From IMG/VR virus record IMGVR_UViG_3300013902_000006: a stretch of DNA of 64,000 bases. One strand, 5' to 3'. Under the pieces are notes generated by a model. It saw nothing but the letters and a program-made list of their open reading frames with translations, was not told where the DNA came from and did not search any database. Position 1 is the first letter of the stretch. Every line of letters starts with the position of its first letter. The DNA is from a virus (Duplodnaviria; Heunggongvirae; Uroviricota; Caudoviricetes). The position numbers and the translations under genes are program-made. This document shows positions 10,028 through 19,020 of this stretch, one piece after another.

Positions 10028-11683
10028 CTATTCTGCCATTTCGTCTTCTTCTACCTCGTTGTTCTTTGTGAAATCCTTGTCAACAATATCGAAGATGCTT
10101 CCAATTTTCACTTTGTATTTCTTTGAGACGAAATCGCCATTGTTTATATTCTCATCTATCAGTCTCAGCAACTTTTCGGGAAGCACCCCCTCTTCAAGTA
10201 CCTTATCGACATCTTCTCTTTTAAGAGACGCTATACAATTATCATAAGATTCTTTTTCTTCACGAATCCCTTCTTTCTCCAACTCTTTCTGACGGTCAAG
10301 ATAATTTTGCTTTATCTTTCCCCAATCCATTCCACATTCCTTTGTATACGGAGGCACTTTATTGTTTTCTATCCAGAATTTTATCTCCTTATCCTCGATG
10401 GTCATCAATTGCTCATATGTATCTTGGTCGATTGTCTCATATGGCTGTCCTGCAACGAGTTGACTTTCGTTCTCCGTAAATTCCTTTCTATCCTTTGGGG
10501 AAGTTATTAGTATGTTATTTATTGTCTTGCCTTTTTCATTGACAGTGTAACGAATTTTTTCGTTAAAGCACACAAGCAGAGGTTTAATACGTTTATTAAA
10601 CATATCGATATATTTCTCTTTGTTATACTCAATGTCGTCTGAACAGAAGTGATCGTCCTCATCCTCGACAATATCATTAGGTAATCTAACACAATTAAAA
10701 ATGATAACATCCTTATCCTTTATTGATGGATATGCCTTGTGTATATAATCATCTTTTGATATGTATTTTTTCTTAGAATTTGGTGGAGTTAACACAATAG
10801 GGTCATTGGCTTTTTTAAGACGGTTGTATTCACTTTCCAATCCTTTTGACAGAGACACAATATTTCCTTTACGGTCAGTCTTAGGAGTGCCATCTTCATT
10901 GGTCATGTAATCGATTTCTTTCCCATCTCTTCCGTCAAAATAGTACTTAGTAACTCTTTGTACATCAGACACCGATTTCTTGTCACCTGTGTTAATATAA
11001 TAGATAGTGTCACCCATATTGACTGACAAGTTATCACGTATGGCTAATTCATACCAAGCTTGTCTTGCTTTCTTTGTACCACCAGCAGTTAACTGCTTGC
11101 AACTTTCCTTATATGTCTCGATGGAGGTTTTTATTTTGCCAACAGTCGCAATATCTTTCAAAGGAATTTGCATATTATAAATTTTCTCAATATAATCATA
11201 ATAATAGTTAAGAAAATCAGAACCCTTGCCGTGCAATAGCATATCAATGGCATTATTAAGAAACTTCTCAATATATATCGGCATCTTTTTTGATTTGATA
11301 GTGTTGCCTACCAGTTTCTTAGAACCATCAGGCATTAAATCAGCGTAATTTTTACGAGCGAATTGGATACAAGCGTCACAATACTCATCGATTCCTAAAC
11401 CGTTCTTTAATACTCCTCCATTGTATGCTTCATTAATAAATGTATCCTCGAATTCAGCAACATCGGCGTCGACCTCGGTGTATTCTTTTCCTTTCTTGAC
11501 ATTACGGCCGAGTCCCTTACCTATATAAGGATGCTCTTTTGTATAACGATATTTTAACGGTTTTTGGAAGTTGAACCCATCAGTATTACTTAATACGTTC
11601 ATTCCCAATGCATTAACAACAGTTCCATCTAATGAAATGTCGTATACATAATCATCTGTTTTGCCTAATTTTGTTATTTTCAT
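10028..11683 (-). CDS. gp43: DNA polymerase family B, C-terminal half, with N-terminal split-intein fragment (IntC)
   Basis: Begins with a 33-aa intein C-fragment ending in Asn, then TDGF, which completes motif C. Downstream PolB motifs ARKNYA, GNTIKSKKMP and GDTIYY are present. Confidence 0.9.
   Translation of the reverse strand: MKITKLGKTDDYVYDISLDGTVVNALGMNVLSNTDGFNFQKPLKYRYTKEHPYIGKGLGRNVKKGKEYTEVDADVAEFEDTFINEAYNGGVLKNGLGIDEYCDACIQFARKNYADLMPDGSKKLVGNTIKSKKMPIYIEKFLNNAIDMLLHGKGSDFLNYYYDYIEKIYNMQIPLKDIATVGKIKTSIETYKESCKQLTAGGTKKARQAWYELAIRDNLSVNMGDTIYYINTGDKKSVSDVQRVTKYYFDGRDGKEIDYMTNEDGTPKTDRKGNIVSLSKGLESEYNRLKKANDPIVLTPPNSKKKYISKDDYIHKAYPSIKDKDVIIFNCVRLPNDIVEDEDDHFCSDDIEYNKEKYIDMFNKRIKPLLVCFNEKIRYTVNEKGKTINNILITSPKDRKEFTENESQLVAGQPYETIDQDTYEQLMTIEDKEIKFWIENNKVPPYTKECGMDWGKIKQNYLDRQKELEKEGIREEKESYDNCIASLKREDVDKVLEEGVLPEKLLRLIDENINNGDFVSKKYKVKIGSIFDIVDKDFTKNNEVEEDEMAE
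11585..11683 (-). other. Split intein C-fragment (33 aa)
   Basis: MKITKLGKTDDYVYDISLDGTVVNALGMNVLSN|T: block F (YVYDIS), terminal Asn, Thr+1 nucleophile. Confidence 0.9.
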
Positions 11684-11693
11684 ATTTAAATTA

Positions 11694-12491
11694 TTACCTT
11701 AAACTAAAATCGTTTTTATTAATACCATTTAATATGTAATTCTCGTCATAATTAACATTATTAATATACATTATAGGTAAATTATGTTCTTTACAAAGTT
11801 TTTGCTTCGTCTTATCTCTTTCTTTTATTATTTTAAACTCTTGTAACGCCCATTCTTTTCCTCGTCCTGCGAAATCGACTGGTTCATAATGTTGTCGTCC
11901 TTGGCATTCAATCGCAATATGATAATCGGTCAAATAAAAATCTAAATATAAATTTATTTTATATTTAAGCCAAGTGAATGTTTTTTCTCTAACATAAGCT
12001 ATGTTGTTATTATCTAATAGGCTACAAAGATTTTTTTCCATCTTACTTTGTATTCTTCTGCCATTGCGACATTGTATACAGCCTCCATCCTTTGACGTAA
12101 TGTGGTCACAGGCAATTTTATGAAATAAATTTCCGCATCTTTTACATTTAATAGTTATAATAGAATGGCTATTTTCGTATTCATTTCTAATATTAGGATA
12201 GCAAAATAGGTCGTCAAACCTTTCATTAGTTATACTCAAAAAATGAATATAATTATTTTTTCTGAACGTCTTTGCATATTCTTTACCGCATATAGGACAA
12301 CCTTGTCCTTTTAAATGATTTTTAGGTGTTTGTGAAAAAATGCCATGAATAGGACATAGAATGTCCACTTTTGTTGTTTTATTTATAAAGTAAACATTAT
12401 TATATCCGTATTTCCCTTTATGGACGATTGTTGCATTATTTTTAAATTCTTCTTCTCTTTCTTTTCTTTTTAATTCATTCATTCTATACAA
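11694..12491 (-). CDS. Putative homing endonuclease: 2 zinc-ribbon (DUF723-like) repeats + PD-(D/E)XK/Vsr-like nuclease domain
   Basis: CPIHGIFSQTPKNHLKGQGCPIC repeat and C-terminal LYLDFYL..IAIECQGRQHY; lies inside the fractured polymerase locus. Confidence 0.75.
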   Translation of the reverse strand: MYRMNELKRKEREEEFKNNATIVHKGKYGYNNVYFINKTTKVDILCPIHGIFSQTPKNHLKGQGCPICGKEYAKTFRKNNYIHFLSITNERFDDLFCYPNIRNEYENSHSIITIKCKRCGNLFHKIACDHITSKDGGCIQCRNGRRIQSKMEKNLCSLLDNNNIAYVREKTFTWLKYKINLYLDFYLTDYHIAIECQGRQHYEPVDFAGRGKEWALQEFKIIKERDKTKQKLCKEHNLPIMYINNVNYDENYILNGINKNDFSLR

Positions 12492-12576
12492 TTTGTGTAA
12501 TTGTTTAATACACTGAAGTTATCGACAAAGTTACCGTTTATTTTCGTATTTACCAAGAATATTATACTAAAATCGG

Positions 12577-13986
12577 TTAAAACTCTATTTTTTTCTTCCA
12601 TTCGTATACAGAATTTCCGCTATCGAATATCCTATATGTCTCTTTTTCTATATCGATTATCTTCAAATATCGATGTCTATTAGCGACATAATAATAATTT
12701 GGTTCGGTATTTTTTAAGAACTTAAAACCGATATTTTTAAACTCATTTCCATTATCCCATCGTCTATCAATCTTGACTATAACAACGATAGGATTATTTT
12801 CATTCACGAAAAAATTAAAAAGTCCTTTTACACCATTTATTACCTTTGTATTTAGTCTATTGCAATATGTGACTAATTCATATTCGTCATCAGTTATTTT
12901 ATTAAATCCTAACAACGAGACCAATTCATTTTTATAAAAATTACCATATACTATTTGAGGATTAACGATATTATAAATTGAATTTGTTTTTAAAAAATCA
13001 ATACATTGTTTCGGAGATAACTTTTTAATAACACATAGTTCAGAGGAAATCTTATTTGGTACATTGTCTGTTATTTCTCTTATTTTAGATTTAACAATAT
13101 CTTTCTTAAATACCCATTCGTCTTCAAAAATATGCAGTAGTCGTATTCCTTGCTTAATACAATCTTCTGTCTTTTTCAAATGGTAGTGATTATTTTTACA
13201 ATATTCTTCACTATGCCATATTAAGCCATCGTGTTCTATTGCGATGTTTTTAGACGGAATATATATGTCAATTTCCTTGCCATCTGTCAATATTTTACGA
13301 TTATTCTTAATAACTTCGAGACCAAGTTCATTTTCGATGAAATCTGATATTTCATTTTCTTGAGTTGAGACAACATTGGAACAATAAGGACAACCGTGAC
13401 CGCATAGATGCTTGTTTGGCATTTGCCAATAATGATGACCATTGGCACATATTATTTCAATTGGAATCTTTGCCCCTTTGTATTCCGCAAGGCTATAATC
13501 CTCGGTATTTTTATGAATAATATTGGCTTTTTTGACGAACACCTCTTTTGTCATCAACATATTATTAGCGTTCTGTTCGGTAGCGCATTTAGGGCAGCCG
13601 TGACCTTGTAGATGTGAATATGCCTTCTGAGTGAAAATCCCGTGCTTTGGACAAATAATGTCAACGTCTTTAGTTGCTCCTTGATATACTGTTATTGTAT
13701 AACGATATTTAAAGTTGTGGACAATATTTGCCTTAGTAATAAATTGTTCGTTTGTAAACGATTGAGTTTTTGCCATATTTCGTTTTCCACATTTCGGACA
13801 CCCGCAACCTTTTAAGTGACTATACATATTTTGCAGAAAATCTCCATGTATGGGGCATGTTATTGTTACTCGTCTTTTAGTATCTTTTTTCGAGATATCT
13901 GTTTTTGTATAGTCGTAATAATCTCCGAATATATCTCTTGCTTTACTTTTAAATTCATCAGTCGATTTAATGACAGTTTTATACAT
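12577..13986 (-). CDS. Putative homing endonuclease: 3 zinc-ribbon repeats + PD-(D/E)XK nuclease + GNAT-like C-terminal domain (Hef-like)
   Basis: Three C-x-x-(x)-H-G..H-L-x-G-x-G-C-P-x-C repeats; EIDIYIPSKNIAIEHDGLIWH and HIFEDEW; C-terminal ELVSLLGF..KIDRRW..GF. Confidence 0.75.
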   Translation of the reverse strand: MYKTVIKSTDEFKSKARDIFGDYYDYTKTDISKKDTKRRVTITCPIHGDFLQNMYSHLKGCGCPKCGKRNMAKTQSFTNEQFITKANIVHNFKYRYTITVYQGATKDVDIICPKHGIFTQKAYSHLQGHGCPKCATEQNANNMLMTKEVFVKKANIIHKNTEDYSLAEYKGAKIPIEIICANGHHYWQMPNKHLCGHGCPYCSNVVSTQENEISDFIENELGLEVIKNNRKILTDGKEIDIYIPSKNIAIEHDGLIWHSEEYCKNNHYHLKKTEDCIKQGIRLLHIFEDEWVFKKDIVKSKIREITDNVPNKISSELCVIKKLSPKQCIDFLKTNSIYNIVNPQIVYGNFYKNELVSLLGFNKITDDEYELVTYCNRLNTKVINGVKGLFNFFVNENNPIVVIVKIDRRWDNGNEFKNIGFKFLKNTEPNYYYVANRHRYLKIIDIEKETYRIFDSGNSVYEWKKKIEF

Positions 13987-14010
13987 TGTTATTTCTTATT
14001 AAGATAGAAC

Positions 14011-14050
14011 AAATGATTCTACCGAGACAAATTATCTGATAGAATCATTT
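14011..14050. promoter_or_regulatory. Intergenic hairpin between polB-N and the first embedded nuclease gene
   Basis: Perfect 11-bp inverted repeat aaatgattcta / tagaatcattt; no U-tract on either side. Confidence 0.45.
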
Positions 14051-14061
14051 ATATGACTACA

Positions 14062-14628
14062 TTATAAAAAGTTAAATCCCGCTACAAATACCTTTGAATA
14101 GTTTTCAATTGTTATTTGTTTATCTAATCTCTTGCACAGTTCACTTGCAAATCGCTTTCTTATATTTACTTCACAATTTAAAACTTCGATAGGTATCTTC
14201 ATTGGGAATTTTACTGTGAAGTCTAATAATTTATTAAATTTCTCTTTTGTTATTTTTTTATCTCTTTTACAGAAAGGCTCTGATTTGTATTCTAATACCG
14301 TGTTTTTATTAATCTCGGATGGCTTTACCTTTTCTTTATTTTCATCAAACAACGAATGGTCTTCGGTTATGTCACTGACACAGGTCTTACTATTTCGTTT
14401 ATCCATGACACGGTACATATCTTTGCCCGTCTTGTGACGATATATGTAGCTTGGTTTATACCATCCACTTCGACATAAGACAGTATAATTTTTCTCAGTC
14501 GTATCGTATTCTCTACCTAACGCATCCTTGCGTATGTTATCAATATCTATTAATTCAGATATAGGTTTGATGTCAATCAAATTTGTATTATCATATTTGA
14601 TAAACATAGGTGTATCACCAGTAAAACT
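14062..14628 (-). other. Split intein N-fragment (188 aa)
   Basis: GD|SFTGDTPMFIK is block A with Ser1; SDITEDHSLF is block B (TxxH); ends at the polB-N stop codon. Confidence 0.9.
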
Positions 14629-16605
14629 GTCACCTACAATAGGATGATAATTGTATTCGTCATTAGGCGTATTAGTATTAAAACTTCCCAATGTGGAAAA
14701 ATGGCTAATCATAAGACGAAGCATTTGTCGACCACGGCAAGTTGTTTCCTCCGCACATTCCAAATCAGACCAAGGGAACACACTTCCAGAACCGTATGAT
14801 CCGAAGAAGCCATTGCCTGTTATCTTTAGAGGAAGTTGCATTTTGTCTGCCATCGCCTTTTGGCTTGATAACTGCGCTATCTTGACCTTTGTCTCCTTAA
14901 TTTCATTCTCATCTGTAATACCCTTTAATTTTTCTTTAAGTTCATCTGCCTCTTTACCATATTTGGCTTTCAGACCCTTATAATGTTCACGTTGTGTAAG
15001 AATATACTCCAAAAGGGCATTCATTACACCCATAATATCGATTGGACTCTTGATACCGAAAGTAAGAATAATCGAAGGATATAGTGAATTATAATCCAAT
15101 TTAACGATTCTATCCACATATCCGACTTTCAATAATCGTGACAATCCTCCTGTAAATTTCTTGGTTTCAATCAATTCAGGAATAGCCAGATCATGTTGAT
15201 AACTCCACGCCATCATAATGTATTTCCATATTGCAGCAGTACCCATTGTACACATTTTCTCATATGATACTGGGAGCATTTTACCTACCAAGAAATTAGG
15301 TTGATTATAACGGTTTTCTACCTTATCTGTCTCCCAAAGGTCATCCAACAGATAACGCTGAATTATATAGCGTCCTGTCGTTATTTCATACTCCTTACCT
15401 GTTTTATTATTAATTAATTTTTTATCTTCACGGGTGTACAGAGGAAACGTTCCATTATCATCAGTATAAGTCTTTTCAAGACGTTTATCATCTATCTTAA
15501 ACCATTCGCCATCGGTATCATTAAATGCATATGTAGGTGTCAAGTCCAACCACGTTGTATTAATTTCTTTGCCTGGTACATATACACGATTAGGCTTATT
15601 CATCTTTGAGTAGGCGCAGATATATTTAAGGGTTGCCTTTTTCATATTAGAATCGATTGCTTGCGCTCTACGAACGGCGAACAATGCATCAACGATATTA
15701 TGACCCCACATTATAGTAGGATAATAATACTCCATTTCGCCACCAAGTTTCAATACTTGTTGTTTCTTTTTCTTATATATCCCACGATTATAGAAAATTT
15801 TCTTGGTGAAATCCAACAACGAGCTTCCGTGGAGCTTTAATCGTTCATCAATAAAATACCAGTCGAAGTTCTCAGTATTATATCCTGCAATAATATCAGG
15901 TTGTTCATTATATATGATTTCAAAAAATTCCTTGAGACCGATTATCTCATTTTTGAACTTTTCTTCACCTTCGCCATCGATGGTAATGATTTTTTCAAAT
16001 CCCTTGTTTGTTCGTATACCAATCTGTGAAATCGCATGTATCTGTGGATTAAGACCCTCGGTCTCCAAGTCGAATGACATACGAATAAGGTCATCGTAAT
16101 CATCATATCCCTTAAACATTCGTCGACCTGTATAAATCATATATTGCTCTGTAGGTGCTACCGCAATAAATTCACGAAGTCCGTAATTAGCATCGGTCTG
16201 TTGCGGATATATTGGTCTACCAGCTTCCTTGAAAAAGTCCATGAATTTCTTATAGGACATCGCAAATTTCGCATAGAACAATACCCTATATCCATTCTCC
16301 ATTCTTGGGTGGATGTTTCCCTCATCGTCGGCGACACGTAATCCTTTACAAGTAATACCGTACATCGCCATTTTCTCCCTCAGAATCTTTCTGTCGCCAT
16401 CGAAAAGCTTTCGGGCTGCACTTTGTTTGCACCATACAAAAGGATAAAAATTATCCTTTAACATTTTCAACTTATTATTTTTTCCCCGAAAGATGACAGT
16501 CATTTTATCATCGTCATAAGACCCTTCTATCTTTATAATATGTTCCATCGGGTCTGTACCTGAGAGGAATTTATCGATATCCTCTTTTGTAATGTTATTT
16601 GCCAT
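14062..16605 (-). CDS. gp43: DNA polymerase family B, N-terminal half (3'-5' exonuclease + palm motifs A and B) with C-terminal split-intein fragment (IntN)
   Basis: ExoI SFDLETEG, ExoII YNTENFDW, motif A KLDYNSLYPS, motif B KITGNGFFG, then IVGD followed by intein block A. Confidence 0.92.
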   Translation of the reverse strand: MANNITKEDIDKFLSGTDPMEHIIKIEGSYDDDKMTVIFRGKNNKLKMLKDNFYPFVWCKQSAARKLFDGDRKILREKMAMYGITCKGLRVADDEGNIHPRMENGYRVLFYAKFAMSYKKFMDFFKEAGRPIYPQQTDANYGLREFIAVAPTEQYMIYTGRRMFKGYDDYDDLIRMSFDLETEGLNPQIHAISQIGIRTNKGFEKIITIDGEGEEKFKNEIIGLKEFFEIIYNEQPDIIAGYNTENFDWYFIDERLKLHGSSLLDFTKKIFYNRGIYKKKKQQVLKLGGEMEYYYPTIMWGHNIVDALFAVRRAQAIDSNMKKATLKYICAYSKMNKPNRVYVPGKEINTTWLDLTPTYAFNDTDGEWFKIDDKRLEKTYTDDNGTFPLYTREDKKLINNKTGKEYEITTGRYIIQRYLLDDLWETDKVENRYNQPNFLVGKMLPVSYEKMCTMGTAAIWKYIMMAWSYQHDLAIPELIETKKFTGGLSRLLKVGYVDRIVKLDYNSLYPSIILTFGIKSPIDIMGVMNALLEYILTQREHYKGLKAKYGKEADELKEKLKGITDENEIKETKVKIAQLSSQKAMADKMQLPLKITGNGFFGSYGSGSVFPWSDLECAEETTCRGRQMLRLMISHFSTLGSFNTNTPNDEYNYHPIVGDSFTGDTPMFIKYDNTNLIDIKPISELIDIDNIRKDALGREYDTTEKNYTVLCRSGWYKPSYIYRHKTGKDMYRVMDKRNSKTCVSDITEDHSLFDENKEKVKPSEINKNTVLEYKSEPFCKRDKKITKEKFNKLLDFTVKFPMKIPIEVLNCEVNIRKRFASELCKRLDKQITIENYSKVFVAGFNFL

Positions 16606-16676
16606 TTCTAATCCTTTAAATTAAACATACTCTGTAGTTAAGCCACAAAAATAGCGGCATCATACAAGATGTGCCG

Positions 16677-16688
16677 CAAATATACAAC
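16677..16688 (-). promoter_or_regulatory. Bacteroidota-type -7 promoter element (GTTG TATATTTG) upstream of polB-N
   Basis: Matches TAnnTTTG, about 70 bp upstream of the start codon. Confidence 0.55.
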
Positions 16689-16718
16689 TTTTAAATCAAA
16701 CTTTATAAGAATATCGTA

Positions 16719-17117
16719 TTAATTTGTGTTAATCATTGAATTATTAATATTTATTATCAATTCCTCGGCAATTGGGACTATCAATTCGCCTTTTGGGAAA
16801 CTATATTCTTCACTGTGTATGTCATCATTGAAAACTATTTTGAAAGTACCGACAAAACGTCCTTCCATTTTTGTATCTCTTGGTTTCCAAGAATACCTTA
16901 GTTTAACACGTTCTTCACAACCAATAGTATAAGTAATGATTTTGCATTTGGCATTCGATATTACTTTTATACCATTGTTTAGATTGGCCATCGTGAAGTA
17001 TACATCGGCATTTTGTAAGGCATAATATGCCTTTCTGTAATCATTTCGACCGTCTTGTATTAGTTCCATTTCCAAGTAAGGAAGCGTGGAGTTTTTATTT
17101 ATATTAAATTCTTGCAT
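16719..17117 (-). CDS. BppU N-terminal-like (baseplate-associated Ig-like) protein
   Basis: Pattern FNINKNSTLPYLEMEL..ADVYFTM..LRYSWKPRDT..GRFVGTFKIVF. Confidence 0.5.
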   Translation of the reverse strand: MQEFNINKNSTLPYLEMELIQDGRNDYRKAYYALQNADVYFTMANLNNGIKVISNAKCKIITYTIGCEERVKLRYSWKPRDTKMEGRFVGTFKIVFNDDIHSEEYSFPKGELIVPIAEELIININNSMINTN

Positions 17118-17129
17118 CGTTTATATCAT

Positions 17130-17609
17130 CTAATTTCGTAATTCTTTTCTCTTGAAATCAATTATCGCCTTGTTATCATATAGGAAATCACAACCTAATA
17201 TTCCATCGATTTGCTTTCCCGTCTTTATGAAGACTTCTCTTTTGACATTGTCAATATCAGTTATATAAAAAGTAACCGGTATACTGTCATTCAATAACGT
17301 GTTTGTTACAATAACCCCTTTTGAGATTGTACCGCTTATAGTGTTAATGTCAGATGAACTATTCTCGATGAAATTAAAGAAATCCATATGACTTAAATAA
17401 TAATCATCATCTATTATGGATACATCTGAACCAGTGTCGACTATAAAATTTACGCCTTTCTCATCTATATTATATTTTATGACAGGCATTGTGTTTTCAT
17501 ACACGAAGATATTTCTAAACCTTTTGACATTATCTTTATGACCGCTGTTGTTACAAGAGAATAGAAACAATGACAATAGGATGAAAACTATATGTTTTTT
17601 TAAATTCAT
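17130..17609 (-). CDS. Retropepsin-like aspartyl protease with lipoprotein signal peptide
   Basis: FIVDTGSDVSII catalytic motif and GILGCDFL; basic N-terminus, hydrophobic core and LFSC lipobox. Confidence 0.8.
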   Translation of the reverse strand: MNLKKHIVFILLSLFLFSCNNSGHKDNVKRFRNIFVYENTMPVIKYNIDEKGVNFIVDTGSDVSIIDDDYYLSHMDFFNFIENSSSDINTISGTISKGVIVTNTLLNDSIPVTFYITDIDNVKREVFIKTGKQIDGILGCDFLYDNKAIIDFKRKELRN

Positions 17610-17614
17610 TTCAA

Positions 17615-18955
17615 TTATAACTCTTTAGAAATAAATATCTTTTTAATTTCTTGAAGTAGATTTTCTTTTTCAGTATATATCGTATCAATATAATTTGTAG
17701 GTATATTTTTGGAATTTGAAAAATAAAATAGTTTAATCCCGTTTTCTGTACATAATTTATATTTTTCTTGGTCTCGCTTTATAGTTTCAGCATAAGCCTT
17801 TTCACCGCCGTAAAACTTAATTGGCTCAAAATGCTGTTCACCTTGATATTCAATCGCAACTTTTATTGACGGTATAAAAATGTCAATACTTTTTAAACCC
17901 AACCATTTAAACTTCTTTTCTCTAATAATTTTACAGTTAATATTATTTTTAATATATTCATATAGACAAGTTTCATTAATGTTTTTTTCTTTTGAACATA
18001 ATGGACAACCTACACCTGAAAGATGACTGTGTGGTGTTTGCCAAAACTCTCCATGTTCGGGACAGATAATGCAGACTTTATCTTCACTTGTTTTATATTC
18101 GACCTTTGAGTAATCGTATTTATTGTTGTGTACTTTGTTAGACCTTTCTACAAATATTTCTTTATTTAGTTTACTATATTGACCACATTTAGGACAGCCG
18201 TGCCTAAGAACATCAACGAACTTTTTAGTAAAAATGCCATGAACTTCATTGTTGTCATCGACACAATTACAATAGAATTTTCCTATTCCATTACGATTAG
18301 TATATGAGGTACTTATCGTATTAATATTAGGATATTTATTTTTAATTAAGTTAGTAATTTCGTTATACGAATATTTATAACTTTGATGGGAACACATTGG
18401 ACATTCATGCTTCGCCGAGACATGGGCATTTGGTGTTTGCCAAAACTCTCCATGTTCGGGACAAATGATACAGACCTTAGTACTATTGTTTACATACTTT
18501 GCATTACTGTAATCGTACTTGTCTCCGTGTACTTTCTTTGCTTTTTCTATAAATTCTTCTGTCGTTAGTTTTCCACAGCCTCCACATATAGGACAACCGC
18601 ATCCTCTAAGGTGTGATCTTGGTGTTTGCCAAAACTCTCCGTGTTCGGGACAAATGATACAAACCTTGGTGTTATAATTTACGTACTCGGCTTTTGAATA
18701 GTCGTATTTATTTCCATGTACTTTCCTCGCCTTTTCTATAAACTCATTTATACTTAATCTTTTTTCGGCAAGTTTACATAATTTACATCCTTGACCTAAC
18801 AGATGATTCATTGGAGTTTTCCAAAATTCTCCATGCTCAGGACAGATGATGCATACCTTTACACCTGTGTTATAATATTCAACTTTTGAATAATCGTATT
18901 TATTATTATATAATTCATTCGAACTTTTTATAAATTCGTCCTTGCTAATTTTCAT
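17615..18955 (-). CDS. Putative homing endonuclease: 5 zinc-ribbon repeats + PD-(D/E)XK nuclease
   Basis: Four [11 protein letters not shown] repeats plus one divergent repeat; SIDIFIP..VAIEYQGEQHFEPIKFYGG. Confidence 0.75.
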   Translation of the reverse strand: MKISKDEFIKSSNELYNNKYDYSKVEYYNTGVKVCIICPEHGEFWKTPMNHLLGQGCKLCKLAEKRLSINEFIEKARKVHGNKYDYSKAEYVNYNTKVCIICPEHGEFWQTPRSHLRGCGCPICGGCGKLTTEEFIEKAKKVHGDKYDYSNAKYVNNSTKVCIICPEHGEFWQTPNAHVSAKHECPMCSHQSYKYSYNEITNLIKNKYPNINTISTSYTNRNGIGKFYCNCVDDNNEVHGIFTKKFVDVLRHGCPKCGQYSKLNKEIFVERSNKVHNNKYDYSKVEYKTSEDKVCIICPEHGEFWQTPHSHLSGVGCPLCSKEKNINETCLYEYIKNNINCKIIREKKFKWLGLKSIDIFIPSIKVAIEYQGEQHFEPIKFYGGEKAYAETIKRDQEKYKLCTENGIKLFYFSNSKNIPTNYIDTIYTEKENLLQEIKKIFISKEL

Positions 18956-18998
18956 TGTTCCGATTTGGTTCTAACCTTCTTAAATAAATAGTAGGTAA

Positions 18999-19006
18999 AT
19001 ATTTAT
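18999..19006 (+). promoter_or_regulatory. Candidate late promoter motif ATATTTAT
   Basis: Lies 14 nt upstream of the neck gene start. Confidence 0.4.
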
Positions 19007-19020
19007 TTTTATATAAATTA

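Noticed and set aside
11684-14061. Group I intron, frameshift or pseudogene explanation for the broken polymerase
   Set aside because: Both halves carry intact complementary intein motifs exactly at the break, with their own stop and start codons. The gap is filled by ORFs with no room for an intron core.
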